Sequence record: ON287375.1
Length of the DNA: 64,000 nt
Direction: 5' to 3' (one strand)
Shown here: positions 18,546-27,958 of the stretch, in pieces
How the letters are laid out: each line of letters opens with the position of its first letter
How positions within the stretch are numbered: the first letter of the stretch is position 1
Position numbers and translations under genes: made by a program
Notes under the pieces: model-generated
The model's database searches: none
What the model was told of the DNA's origin: nothing
What the model saw: the letters and a program-made list of their open reading frames with translations, nothing else

Positions 18546-19637
18546 TTATTTCAAACGACTAACTTGTTCGTGAAGCATGCTGAAATGCTTTCTCCAAACA
18601 GGATCTTTGATTTGGTTTTCTTGAGTAGTTACCGATAACTGATAATAAAGAGCAAGATCAGTTCTCAGTTTACCATCCACGGCACCAACAAAGTTACTGT
18701 ATTCCAGATAAGGCTTCACCATACCCAACGAAGCAATGGTCCATACCCAACTCATTTGAACAAAGAACAATGACTTACCTGCTTGAGGGAAGATCATTTT
18801 ATTCTGATCAACTGAGATATTAGTTACGGCATTGACTTGTACAAAGTTAGTGAAAGACTTCATGGGTTGAGATAACAAGTATCTATTCTTGAAGTCAGTA
18901 TAGTCAATCAGGTTTTGGAAATAAGGTTCCAGATTGAATGGGCCTTTCTTTATATCAATCTTACCGGCATTACCATTAAGGTAATTGTAGTTAGCCAGCT
19001 CATTATGATATAAATAGAAGTTCATTAAAGGAAGACCCGCCAAATAACCATGAGGACTGTTACCCCATTCCACTCCACGTTGAAGGTGTCTCCAATACCC
19101 GATTACAAGAGCATACACGTCGATCTGAGCAATGGTGTAAGCTTCAGTACCTAATGTATAATCTTTAGTATCAATCAGCTCTATGGAGTTCCAACGCTGT
19201 TTGGTATCGGTGGTGTAAATAGGATAAATCGGAACGAGTGTATTTATTTCGTTATTGAAGTATCCATTAATTTGTGAGGTAGAGGGTTTATCAAAAGGAA
19301 CAACCAAAAGTGTATTGTGATTCTTTTCAGGATACAAGCTGAACAGGTGGTTCTTACCTCTATTATAGAGGGATGTAAAATTGACTGCGCTCGCATACTG
19401 TTGAATGTGTGAATCAATTACATTAATTAAGTAGTTGCGATCCCATTCTACGTTCACGGAAAACATTAGCAGAAATTGAACTAATGGATTCTCGTTGGGA
19501 AGAACTCTGTTACCAAGGTTGATCCAGTCTTCATACCGGTCATCATTCCTGGCCATAATACGCCTCAGGTTTCCGAGTGTTCCCCACTCCCTGACCGCGT
19601 AGTTCAACCCATTGGGCGAAAGCTTAAAGTAAGACAT
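18546..19637 (-). CDS. Conserved protein divergent from chmA, probably virion-associated (phiKZ gp52-like position)
   Basis: Long ORF; start MSYFKL at 19637 with SD GAGG; function inferred from synteny only. Confidence 0.7.
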   Translation of the reverse strand: MSYFKLSPNGLNYAVREWGTLGNLRRIMARNDDRYEDWINLGNRVLPNENPLVQFLLMFSVNVEWDRNYLINVIDSHIQQYASAVNFTSLYNRGKNHLFSLYPEKNHNTLLVVPFDKPSTSQINGYFNNEINTLVPIYPIYTTDTKQRWNSIELIDTKDYTLGTEAYTIAQIDVYALVIGYWRHLQRGVEWGNSPHGYLAGLPLMNFYLYHNELANYNYLNGNAGKIDIKKGPFNLEPYFQNLIDYTDFKNRYLLSQPMKSFTNFVQVNAVTNISVDQNKMIFPQAGKSLFFVQMSWVWTIASLGMVKPYLEYSNFVGAVDGKLRTDLALYYQLSVTTQENQIKDPVWRKHFSMLHEQVSRLK

Positions 19638-19799
19638 TAATAGAAGCCTCTGGAATATCATCATTAAAAAATTAATGAAGATATTAATTATATGTAAAAA
19701 TAAACTTTCAAGGGTCTTCCTTGAAAGCTAGACGTGAGTCGCATGTCTATTTGAATGTATTCATACGATTTAACGTTGTAATTTTCCACTCTCTAAAAT

Positions 19800-19836
19800 A
19801 TTTGAAGTCTATATTATTAGAGTGTATAAGGAAACA
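19800..19836 (+). promoter_or_regulatory. Putative early promoter of chmA
   Basis: TTTGAAGTCTATATTATTAGAGTGTATAAGGAAACA; 26 nt identical to the copy at 50205-50230. Confidence 0.8.
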
Positions 19837-19901
19837 GATGTTTCTATTATCCCTCACCAAACGTTAACGTTAACCATAAACACTTTATTAAGGAATTCCA
19901 A

Positions 19902-21818
19902 ATGTCTCTCGATAACAACATGAACGCAAACAACGCTAACTCTTCTTCTAACAACAACGCTGGTAAAAACACTATGCAATCTTCAAATGCTCTGTTCGGT
20001 CTGCTGGGTGAAGCGAACCTGTTCTCTTCTACTCACTCTATCGCTGAAGTAAAAGACATCCAGAAATCTCTGGAAGAAACCATCAAGTACCTGCAGAAGA
20101 ACACTGCATCTCAGTCTCAGAAAATCTCTCTGCCGACTCTGGTTCAGTCTATTACTTCTGACATCAGTTCTCAGCTGCCAGGTCTGACCATCTCCACTGT
20201 GATCGACGGCACCCGCTACGTCATGCCAGTTCTGTTCTACAAAACTGGTGTTACTGAAGCTACCGAAGTGATCATGCTGGCTAACGAAAACATGCCTCGC
20301 GGTATCGCTAAAGTACCAGCGTCCTTCATGAACCAGGAACTGATGGAGAAGATCAAATCTACTTCTGCATTCCACGAAGGCCAGCAGATGAAGAACGTTG
20401 TCATCATCGCTCCTTCTGTAGTTAACCTGGAAACCTTCATCAAGAACGCAGTGAAAGCTGAAGACGTTGTTCCAGAAGTTCGTACCAACCTGCTGAAAGA
20501 GTGGAACACTGCTCTGTACAACCTGGTTGTTCTGGAAGTTACCAAACAAGGCGTTCAGTTCCCAACTCCGTTCAAAGACGGTAAACTGTTCGGTAAAGAT
20601 GATGCAGCTGTGGCTCGTATCGAACCTGTAAACCGTGCGACCATCGACGGCAAACCAGTTCCATACAACCTGGCAGTTAAACTGCACACTACCAACAAAA
20701 ACAACACGCAGAACATGAACAGCAACAACACTCGTTCTATCTGCACCACTTACCTGAAAGTGTCTCTGGAAGCAATGTCTCAGGCTCAGTTCCTGCAGGC
20801 TCGTCAGCTGCGTCCAGGCGTTAACGTAGGCCCACTGGTTCCAGTAATCTCTACTGGTATCACTATCCCTGGCGAAACCCTGAACAACAACAACTCCATG
20901 CTGACTGCTCTGCTGGGTCTGTACGCATCTATCGGTGCAAACCAGATGCAGTTCTTCTCTGAAGCATTCCGTGGTAAAGAAGTTGGTCATTCCGGTAACC
21001 TGGGTAACTTCAACAACTACCTGACTCAGATGTTGGGCGGTGCTTACGGCACCAGCCAGATGATCACCGATAAGAACATCACCAACGCTGCACAGGTAAA
21101 CCAGTGGCTGAACAGCTACGTTGCTCCGAACGCAGTATACGTTCTGGATCTGGCATCCTTCACCGAAGACGTTTCTAACTCCGACTTCTGGTGGAACATC
21201 ATCGGTCAGCCTAATGGTTCTACTTACCATAAAGCTCTGATCAACCTGATGGACGTTCTGTCTAACAAAGCTTTCAGCCGCATCATCTCTGAAAATGCTT
21301 CCAAAGGTCAGAACCGTGATCCTCGTAAAGACTGGACTGCAGGTGATGCAATCCTGAAACCTACTCCGATCATGATGCCTGCTGGTATCGCTCGTGGTAA
21401 AGATGGCAAATGGTTCGACCTGGCAGAAGTTGACGGCATGTTCCTGCGTCAGGAAAACTACTACGGTCAAAACGAACCAGCTGTTAACCAATACCTGGGT
21501 CTGATCAACGGCGCAACCGGTACCGATCCAAAAGCTCGTCAGTACGCTATCTACAACCTGCTGAATCAACTGTTCGATACCAACGTAATCATCGAAGGTT
21601 GGAAACGTCGTTTCGTATGGGAAGATGCGTTCTTCAACACCGCAGCACGCGCAATGGCAACTGCTGGTGCAATGACCATGTCTGCAAGCAACAACGTATC
21701 CGCATGGCAGGTACAACACAGCAACGATTACCTGAACTACACTATGTCTGCAGTTCTGCAGCAGGGTATGCAGGTAGGCGCAATGGGTGGCTTCTCTGGC
21801 GCATACACCCACTACTAA
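19902..21818 (+). CDS. chmA: Chimallin, major phage-nucleus shell protein
   Basis: 638 aa; extreme high-expression codon bias; sits between the divergent gp52-like gene and RNAP beta-prime as in phiKZ gp54/201phi2-1 gp105; own promoter and terminator. Confidence 0.9.
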   Translation: MSLDNNMNANNANSSSNNNAGKNTMQSSNALFGLLGEANLFSSTHSIAEVKDIQKSLEETIKYLQKNTASQSQKISLPTLVQSITSDISSQLPGLTISTVIDGTRYVMPVLFYKTGVTEATEVIMLANENMPRGIAKVPASFMNQELMEKIKSTSAFHEGQQMKNVVIIAPSVVNLETFIKNAVKAEDVVPEVRTNLLKEWNTALYNLVVLEVTKQGVQFPTPFKDGKLFGKDDAAVARIEPVNRATIDGKPVPYNLAVKLHTTNKNNTQNMNSNNTRSICTTYLKVSLEAMSQAQFLQARQLRPGVNVGPLVPVISTGITIPGETLNNNNSMLTALLGLYASIGANQMQFFSEAFRGKEVGHSGNLGNFNNYLTQMLGGAYGTSQMITDKNITNAAQVNQWLNSYVAPNAVYVLDLASFTEDVSNSDFWWNIIGQPNGSTYHKALINLMDVLSNKAFSRIISENASKGQNRDPRKDWTAGDAILKPTPIMMPAGIARGKDGKWFDLAEVDGMFLRQENYYGQNEPAVNQYLGLINGATGTDPKARQYAIYNLLNQLFDTNVIIEGWKRRFVWEDAFFNTAARAMATAGAMTMSASNNVSAWQVQHSNDYLNYTMSAVLQQGMQVGAMGGFSGAYTHY

Positions 21819-21857
21819 TAACTAGTAGTAAAAAGCTGAAGTGTAATTAACTAAATC

Positions 21858-21899
21858 AACAGAGAGGGTGGGTGAAAGCCCTCCTCTCTGTTTGTTTTT
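21858..21899 (+). terminator. Rho-independent terminator after chmA
   Basis: AACAGAGAGG..GGGT-gaaa-GCCC..CCTCTCTGTT followed by TGTTTTT. Confidence 0.85.
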
Positions 21900-21916
21900 A
21901 TAGGGGTTTTATTTTT

Positions 21917-23506
21917 ATGTCAAGTATGGCAGATATACTTAACAAATTCGCAGATGAACATATGGTCCCAAGTAAGTTGTTTGATGCAATGATCAAAGCA
22001 ACTGGGATAGTACCGCAGCAAGATGACCAGTCGTTCTATACCCCAATTTATCCAGACTTCATTGACTTCAATGAAAAGCACGACCAATCCATCACCCCAC
22101 CAATCTATCTGAATGACTTCGACTTTAATATAGAAGAAGACCGTCAGGCGATTATTGAATTACTTCGTACAGAGTTCGAAGGTAATAACTTTGACACTGT
22201 AGCTTCTTGTAGTTGTAAGAAGTATCGTAGTAACTCTTATCTGGGTTCTGGTTTCGTTTGTGAGTCCTGTGGTCATGAAGTAGTTAAACCACTAACCAGT
22301 CGTATTGAGACTAAGGTCTGGTTGAAACGTCCAGCAAAAGTATCTGGCTTTATTAGTCCGGCTATGTATGCGGTGTTCTTCAGTAAACTGAATACCAAAT
22401 CTCCAAAGGTCAACCTGGTGGACTATTGGGTTAACCCTGATGTCCGTAATGAGAAACGTTTCAAAGATCCAAACAACAATGCTTTCAAAATCGCATGTAA
22501 GATCGAAGCATTCCGTGAAACCCTGAACATCCCTTATGGATATAACAGTTTCATCGAAAACATCGACCTGATCATCCGTAGTGCGATTGAAGCAGATGTA
22601 AGTAAAGTACTCGATCTGTCTGAACAAGATCGTAACTATTATTCTGAGTTCTGGGATAAGTATCGTACAAAAGCGGTATTCAACTATCTCCCACTCCCAA
22701 ACAAAATCACCACAGTCGTTGAATCCGACCAACGTGACCGTTATGTAAACAAAGAGCAAACTGATCTGGATAAGATCTATTTCACAATCGCCGATACCTA
22801 TCCTGACTATGATATCCGCGTAGATGAAAACGAAGACTTGATGGGTCGTAACCTGAAAGGTCTGGTGGATGCTCTGGCGGAAGTACAGAAGAACATTCTG
22901 TTCGGTAAGAAGGGGATGATTCGATATCACGCAGGTGCTGGTAAATTACCATTTACTGGTCGATCCATTATCACTGGTGAATCTGGAGTGTGTCGTTCTG
23001 ATACAATCATTTTACCATGGATGTACGGGTTAACCTGTCTGGATAAACATCTGACTTCCTGGTTGTATCGTAAAGGATATACTCCGAAGAAGATCAAGGA
23101 AATAATCCGAACTGCGGCTCACGCTAAACTTCCGATTATTGAAGAATTCTATACCTGGATTGAAACCAACCGTTATGCAATGGTAACCGCTGGTCGAAAT
23201 CCATCAATCCAATATCTGTCTGCACGTGGCTTCTTCGTTAAGTTCAACCGTGACCTTGATGATAAATCCATCCGTATTCCGATTACTACTGTAAAAGAAT
23301 TCGGTGCTGACTTTGATGGCGATCAGATGTATGTGATCTTCATTCCTGACATGATGTCTAAGATTGAAGCATATTCCAGCTGGGGCCACCATCAGATGTT
23401 GGATCCAAATAAACCATTTAGAACCAGTCGTTTTGCAACACACACCAAGACAAACCTGCTGAATATTAATTCGCTGTTTCTTGATGTTCCTATTGAGGAG
23501 GATTAA
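21917..23506 (+). CDS. rpoC: Non-virion RNA polymerase beta-prime subunit, N-terminal part (phiKZ gp55-like), uninterrupted
   Basis: Zn finger CSC...CESC, GRSII, RNPSI and catalytic ADFDGD; start moved to ATG 21917 because the track start lies in the terminator. Confidence 0.95.
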   Translation: MSSMADILNKFADEHMVPSKLFDAMIKATGIVPQQDDQSFYTPIYPDFIDFNEKHDQSITPPIYLNDFDFNIEEDRQAIIELLRTEFEGNNFDTVASCSCKKYRSNSYLGSGFVCESCGHEVVKPLTSRIETKVWLKRPAKVSGFISPAMYAVFFSKLNTKSPKVNLVDYWVNPDVRNEKRFKDPNNNAFKIACKIEAFRETLNIPYGYNSFIENIDLIIRSAIEADVSKVLDLSEQDRNYYSEFWDKYRTKAVFNYLPLPNKITTVVESDQRDRYVNKEQTDLDKIYFTIADTYPDYDIRVDENEDLMGRNLKGLVDALAEVQKNILFGKKGMIRYHAGAGKLPFTGRSIITGESGVCRSDTIILPWMYGLTCLDKHLTSWLYRKGYTPKKIKEIIRTAAHAKLPIIEEFYTWIETNRYAMVTAGRNPSIQYLSARGFFVKFNRDLDDKSIRIPITTVKEFGADFDGDQMYVIFIPDMMSKIEAYSSWGHHQMLDPNKPFRTSRFATHTKTNLLNINSLFLDVPIEED

Positions 23507-24174
23507 TGCTAAATGCAACTAGCGCATTTACCCGTGCATGTAGTGGGTCGATGACGGATGCAAGTGCAGGTGCTTTTGATAAGTTCATGAATGGGTTTTA
23601 TGATCGATATCAGAATCTGAGTGGATGGTTAGGTGAAACCCTTAATACGGTAAAGGAAGCCCATAAGAACTTTATGGATTCTCGTATGTGGGAATTCTCT
23701 AACCGAGTTAATGGTAAAGATGGTCAGTATGTTGGTCGCTTTGAAATCGGTTATTTGTCTGAAGCGCAATATCAAAGACAAGCAACTGGGTTCATGAGAG
23801 ATTATATCATGGCCAACCCACTCTTGATGGGTCTGTATCAGGATGGTCGTGTCGATGGTTATGGTGGGGACTTTAGTGACCTGTGTACTGGAGTAGGTCG
23901 CGATAACTTCTATTATAATAAATCCATCGATGGTAAGGTAATGTTTGATGCTGAAGAGAACACATTAAACAGAACGGTGTTTACATCTTCCCGTGATGCT
24001 CTGACTCATCTGACATTCTCCGAACGTGTTGATATCCATCGCACCTGGCAAGCTACTAACCTTCATATCGCAGCGAATCTGTTTGATCCAACTTCTATTA
24101 TTGGTGATAACATTCTGAGCATGGAAGAAGTAGAAGAACGTCGTCGTAAGTTAGAAGAAGAGAGTTCTGAATAA
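23506..24174 (+). CDS. Conserved hypothetical core protein (possibly phiKZ gp59/Imp3-like; unverified)
   Basis: TAATG coupling with the RNAP gene; assignment from synteny only. Confidence 0.7.
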   Translation: MLNATSAFTRACSGSMTDASAGAFDKFMNGFYDRYQNLSGWLGETLNTVKEAHKNFMDSRMWEFSNRVNGKDGQYVGRFEIGYLSEAQYQRQATGFMRDYIMANPLLMGLYQDGRVDGYGGDFSDLCTGVGRDNFYYNKSIDGKVMFDAEENTLNRTVFTSSRDALTHLTFSERVDIHRTWQATNLHIAANLFDPTSIIGDNILSMEEVEERRRKLEEESSE

Positions 24175-24182
24175 CTGAAATA

Positions 24183-24213
24183 GCAATGGGGTGGAAACAC
24201 CCTGTTGCTTTTA
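24183..24213 (+). terminator. Rho-independent terminator
   Basis: GCAATGGGGTG-gaaa-CACCCTGTTGC-TTTTA. Confidence 0.75.
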
Positions 24214-24243
24214 TTCAGGTTCTTATTTTTTTTGTGAGAAAAT

Positions 24244-24699
24244 ATGATTTTTGATACTGAACGTATGGATGAGTGTTTGAAGTCTGAACGCATTACTTGT
24301 CCTCCAGGATTATCAAGAGAACAGAAACGGACTTTTATCATTCAACATGCTACTGATAAAGAGGGTAATGTGGATATTCATAAAGACGGTCTAGTCGTTG
24401 TCAAACGTAAGTCTGATGATCTTAATAACTTTAAAGCCTATAACCTTAAAGGAGGTGACAAAGTTGCTCGCATCAACTTCCAAAATGGATTTGTGGATGA
24501 ACAAACTGGTGCCAATGGTTTGACTAACGAAGCACTCATTGCAATTGCACTGAATCGCTTAGAAGGTCAGAACAAAGGTAAGTTCCAGTCCATCCATAAT
24601 GATAAAGCTATCGAATGTTTACGTGGTGCTTTGGTTGCACTTAAAGCTCGCGTAGATGACAGAATAGCTCGTGGTGTTTCTAACACTGATGCGGAGTAA
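24244..24699 (+). CDS. tad1: Tad1-like immune-signal sponge (anti-Thoeris/anti-CBASS)
   Basis: INFQNG...[15 protein letters not shown]...[12 protein letters not shown]...[17 protein letters not shown] aligns by eye with Tad1 IKFQKG...GVIDSDLLEIVRDRL...GPFSSRENACAL...ALMWMNRRVEDRIERNV. Confidence 0.8.
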   Translation: MIFDTERMDECLKSERITCPPGLSREQKRTFIIQHATDKEGNVDIHKDGLVVVKRKSDDLNNFKAYNLKGGDKVARINFQNGFVDEQTGANGLTNEALIAIALNRLEGQNKGKFQSIHNDKAIECLRGALVALKARVDDRIARGVSNTDAE

Positions 24700-25167
24700 A
24701 TGATGTCTAACTTTGGTTACTGTGAATTACAGGTTGACCTTAACACCGGGATTAAGATTCAAAAGGCCATCGACTCTGCTGAGGTTGAACAACCTTTAGA
24801 TCTTATTCCTGCCAACAAGCTCCATGCTACAATAATGTACGATGAACGGAATCCTGATATCTTCCCTTCTAAATCTAAGTCGGTTTACAAGGCCAAGATT
24901 AAAGGCGTAAAGACTTTAGGAGAACCTGGTTCTAAGTGGTATGCGGCAGCTTTGGTACTGGAGTCCCCAGCTATCCAAAACCGCTTCAAGCAGCTACTGG
25001 ATGAAGGTTTCCAACATTCTTATGACGACCTTCTGTTACACGTATCATTATGCTACGGTAAAGATACCGATATCCTTGCACCTATATTAGAGAAGATGTT
25101 GGCGGAAGGTAAACTTCCTGAAACAATTACTCTGTGCAATGAGACTTGGGAACACTGTGGTATTTAA
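24700..25167 (+). CDS. acb1: Acb1-like 2H phosphodiesterase (anti-CBASS nuclease)
   Basis: Two HxT/S motifs, KLHATIMY and HSYDDLLLHVSLCY, matching T4 57B KIHSTICY and HDFDDYTPHITLSY; similar length. Confidence 0.85.
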   Translation: MMSNFGYCELQVDLNTGIKIQKAIDSAEVEQPLDLIPANKLHATIMYDERNPDIFPSKSKSVYKAKIKGVKTLGEPGSKWYAAALVLESPAIQNRFKQLLDEGFQHSYDDLLLHVSLCYGKDTDILAPILEKMLAEGKLPETITLCNETWEHCGI

Positions 25168-25239
25168 GCATGGGCGCTGTAAGGATGATTTAGTAGAGGG
25201 ATCTGGTAGGAGAGTGGATTCATATTCACTTGTATTTCA

Positions 25240-25265
25240 TTTCAGACCTATATTACTTAAGTGAT
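25240..25265 (+). promoter_or_regulatory. Putative early promoter
   Basis: TTTCAGACCTATATTACTTAAGTGAT contains the exact phiKZ early consensus TATATTAC. Confidence 0.75.
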
Positions 25266-25311
25266 AAACCTAAACAGTTTAAACTTAATTAACTATAGAG
25301 AGAAACTAATT

Positions 25312-25479
25312 ATGTTCTTTAACAGCCCACATGACTCAGTAGTAATCGGTTCTGCATTCTTCTCCGGTGTTGGTGCTCTGGTATTTGGCACAGCTGCTTA
25401 TTATGGTATCAAAGCGGCAGTGATTCAGTTCATCAATAATCGCGAATCTAACCGTCCAATGGCTACTCGCAATAAATAA
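25312..25479 (+). CDS. Small single-pass membrane protein (55 aa)
   Basis: Start moved to ATG 25312; hydrophobic VVIGSAFFSGVGALVFGTAAYYGI followed by a basic tail; own promoter and terminator. Confidence 0.75.
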   Translation: MFFNSPHDSVVIGSAFFSGVGALVFGTAAYYGIKAAVIQFINNRESNRPMATRNK

Positions 25480-25487
25480 GTCATAAC

Positions 25488-25520
25488 CAGGATCTCCCGT
25501 AATTGGGAGATCCTGTTATT
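25488..25520 (+). terminator. Rho-independent terminator
   Basis: CAGGATCTCCC-gtaatt-GGGAGATCCTG-TTATT. Confidence 0.8.
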
Positions 25521-25582
25521 ATCTGCTTGTTTATTTTTTTTTGTTTTCATATTTTGATTAGCTTTATATAGAGGAAGTCAAA

Positions 25583-25990
25583 ATGTCCAAAGGTGTAGTG
25601 GGAACGATGGATACCGTAGGGTTTATTACCGAACCCACCATCAAGATAGATAGACTTATTGCATACTGGTTTGCTAACCGTATTGACCAATGTCTCATAC
25701 TCCGTAACATTCACTCTTATCAGTACGTCATCGCCAAACACCAAGACGATAAAAAGAATGAAGACAAGTTACTGGAAGATATAAAAAATAACCTTCAGGC
25801 ATATTTACTGGAGTGCTTCGAAGGGTGTTCTGTTGACGCCTGGGCGAAGCGTGATAATCCTGAAGATAAAATGTTTACCTTGGTACTCTCTGGTGTTGTT
25901 TTCCAAGATGGCAAGGAATATGAACTCAGTAACTCCGTTCTGATTAACGGTAGTACTTATGAACTCATTGATAAAGGTAGAGGCGGTTAA
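25583..25990 (+). CDS. Conserved protein, possible T4 gp25-like baseplate wedge component
   Basis: SD GAGGA; C-terminal helix plus three-strand pattern; fold assignment is inference. Confidence 0.5.
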   Translation: MSKGVVGTMDTVGFITEPTIKIDRLIAYWFANRIDQCLILRNIHSYQYVIAKHQDDKKNEDKLLEDIKNNLQAYLLECFEGCSVDAWAKRDNPEDKMFTLVLSGVVFQDGKEYELSNSVLINGSTYELIDKGRGG

Positions 25991-25991
25991 C

Positions 25992-26795
25992 GTGGTAGAT
26001 AAAACTCAGTTTGATAATATCGACAAATCCAAACATGGTAAATTAATTGAATTCATGACAGATGCTTTTAAGTCTGTCGAAATCGCTGGTAAGAATGTAA
26101 TCCAAACTCCAGATGGCGAGTTTATTGAATATGTTCTTATGGAAGAGAAATACTTCATTGATAACTGGTTGGTTCAGTTTGCTATCGGTCATGTCGGTGA
26201 AAAGAACTACTTCAACCATGAAGCCTGGTCTCGTTTGACTAATGCTTTCACTAAGGGCGTTATTGTTCTTAATGAAGATAAACAGCCTGTGGTACTGATC
26301 CGTAAGTTTATTGATATGGATTTGAACTACATGCAGAAACACCATCTGCAAGATGTGGCCGGCCAAGCTTCTGATGCTAAATTCATTCCTAATAAGGAAG
26401 AGGCTGATGAGTTGGTTAATCGTTTTGCTGAAGCAGTTAAAGTCATCACTAGTCAGAATCCAGACTACGATACATTGACCGCTATGATTCCTTTGGAATA
26501 CTACCTACGTAATGGCGTAGATCCAACTGTGGTTAAACAAGTCATCTATATTCGTGACAACTACAAAATCAATGGTGAACCAATCGAACCAGATTGTGAG
26601 ATCATGAAAGAAGTAGAAGCTATTCTGTATAAACATGCACGAATGGAACCTGTCACTGCAAAAGAGAAAGCTTTGGTTACCGAAGTTACTAATGGTGATT
26701 TTATTTTCGACGAGAACCCTAATAAGGTAGAAGATAAAGTTAACCAAACTGCCGAATCTGATCAGGTAGCCGATTTCGATCCATTAGCTGAATAA
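25992..26795 (+). CDS. Conserved hypothetical protein
   Basis: Start moved to GTG 25992 (SD GAGG, directly after the upstream stop). Confidence 0.75.
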   Translation: MVDKTQFDNIDKSKHGKLIEFMTDAFKSVEIAGKNVIQTPDGEFIEYVLMEEKYFIDNWLVQFAIGHVGEKNYFNHEAWSRLTNAFTKGVIVLNEDKQPVVLIRKFIDMDLNYMQKHHLQDVAGQASDAKFIPNKEEADELVNRFAEAVKVITSQNPDYDTLTAMIPLEYYLRNGVDPTVVKQVIYIRDNYKINGEPIEPDCEIMKEVEAILYKHARMEPVTAKEKALVTEVTNGDFIFDENPNKVEDKVNQTAESDQVADFDPLAE

Positions 26796-26821
26796 TAAGC
26801 TTGTGGGTGTAGAGGAAACAT

Positions 26822-27958
26822 ATGAAAGAAAATTTCTTCGGTGTACAGACCACGGACCATCACTGTCTGCACCCACATACTCCAACTCGTCATATCTTGG
26901 GTAACCTTGATCAGTTCTACTATAAGGAACTGAACCTTGACGAAGTTGACTTTAATATATTAACTGGTGACTTCTTCCATGATTTAGCACCAGCTAATGA
27001 TCCAAACATGATGCTCTGTCAGCGCTGGATTAAAAAGCACCTTCAAATATGTCATGATAAGAAAGTTCATGTTCGTATACTTGAAGGGACTTCTTCCCAT
27101 GACTGGGGTCAACCTGAAGTATTTGATATCCTTAAACCTAAGGATACTCCGTACATTAAGTACGTTAACACACTGTCTATTGAGTATATTCCAGAGCTAG
27201 ATATCAACGTTATGTACGTCCCTGATAACTTCGGTCATAAGTCTACTGAACTTATTTACGAAGATGCTCTGAAACTTCTGGCTGGCGCAGGTCTTAAACA
27301 AGTTGACTTTATTCTGTTGCATGGTGGATTTGATTATCAACTTCCTCCAATTGCTAATAAGAATGGATCTTTGTATGATTCAGTCAAATGGTCTGCTTTA
27401 GCCAAGAAAGCCATATTCAGTGGTCATATTCATAAACCAAGTCATAAACTGAATATCTATTGTGGCGGTAGCTTTGACCGTACAGCCTTTGGTGAAATGC
27501 ATCCTAAAGGTGGTTATAAGTTCTGGTGGGGTAAGGATGATTTTAAGGCAGAGTTCTGGGAGAACAAGAATGCCTTGATCTATGACAAAATCCTTATCAA
27601 TCGTGAGATGGGTGCTAAAGAGATCCAAAGGGAACTGAATAACTACTTAGCTAAGAACCCACCTAAGAACACACATATTCGTTTGGTTGGTGGTTTGGCC
27701 TCCGTTACCGGTTCTTTAATTAACGATTATAAAGAACAATACCCTCAGTATCATTTTGATCTGGATAATGTTAAAGAGGATAACATCGAAGTTGATGATA
27801 CCTTGTATACACCAGAAATGTACAAAGGGGTATCTCTGACCAAGTTGAACCTTCAGGATAGTTTGTTTAACTTCATGGAGTCTACCTTACAGCAGAATGA
27901 CGATATTGATCGTGATTTGTTGAAGGAACTCCTATCAGAGGTAATGGAGAATGATTGA
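26822..27958 (+). CDS. sbcD: SbcD/Mre11-like metallophosphoesterase nuclease
   Basis: Motifs TTDHH, TGDFFH, EGTSSHD, LHGG, SGHIH. Confidence 0.9.
   Translation: MKENFFGVQTTDHHCLHPHTPTRHILGNLDQFYYKELNLDEVDFNILTGDFFHDLAPANDPNMMLCQRWIKKHLQICHDKKVHVRILEGTSSHDWGQPEVFDILKPKDTPYIKYVNTLSIEYIPELDINVMYVPDNFGHKSTELIYEDALKLLAGAGLKQVDFILLHGGFDYQLPPIANKNGSLYDSVKWSALAKKAIFSGHIHKPSHKLNIYCGGSFDRTAFGEMHPKGGYKFWWGKDDFKAEFWENKNALIYDKILINREMGAKEIQRELNNYLAKNPPKNTHIRLVGGLASVTGSLINDYKEQYPQYHFDLDNVKEDNIEVDDTLYTPEMYKGVSLTKLNLQDSLFNFMESTLQQNDDIDRDLLKELLSEVMEND

Noticed and set aside
19983-21812. 609-aa antisense ORF over chmA
   Set aside because: Expected shadow of extreme codon bias (few reverse-strand stop codons); no SD or promoter, and the protein is V/Q/H-rich and implausible
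12352-21818. PhuZ and chimallin as a novel system
   Set aside because: Striking but well-described features of nucleus-forming jumbo phages; listed as features, not discoveries
24244-24699. Acb2 or Tad2 identity for the sponge-like ORF
   Set aside because: Lacks the Acb2 GYR.L...AQP and Tad2 R.GWNG...W.PS..D motifs; the pattern fits Tad1
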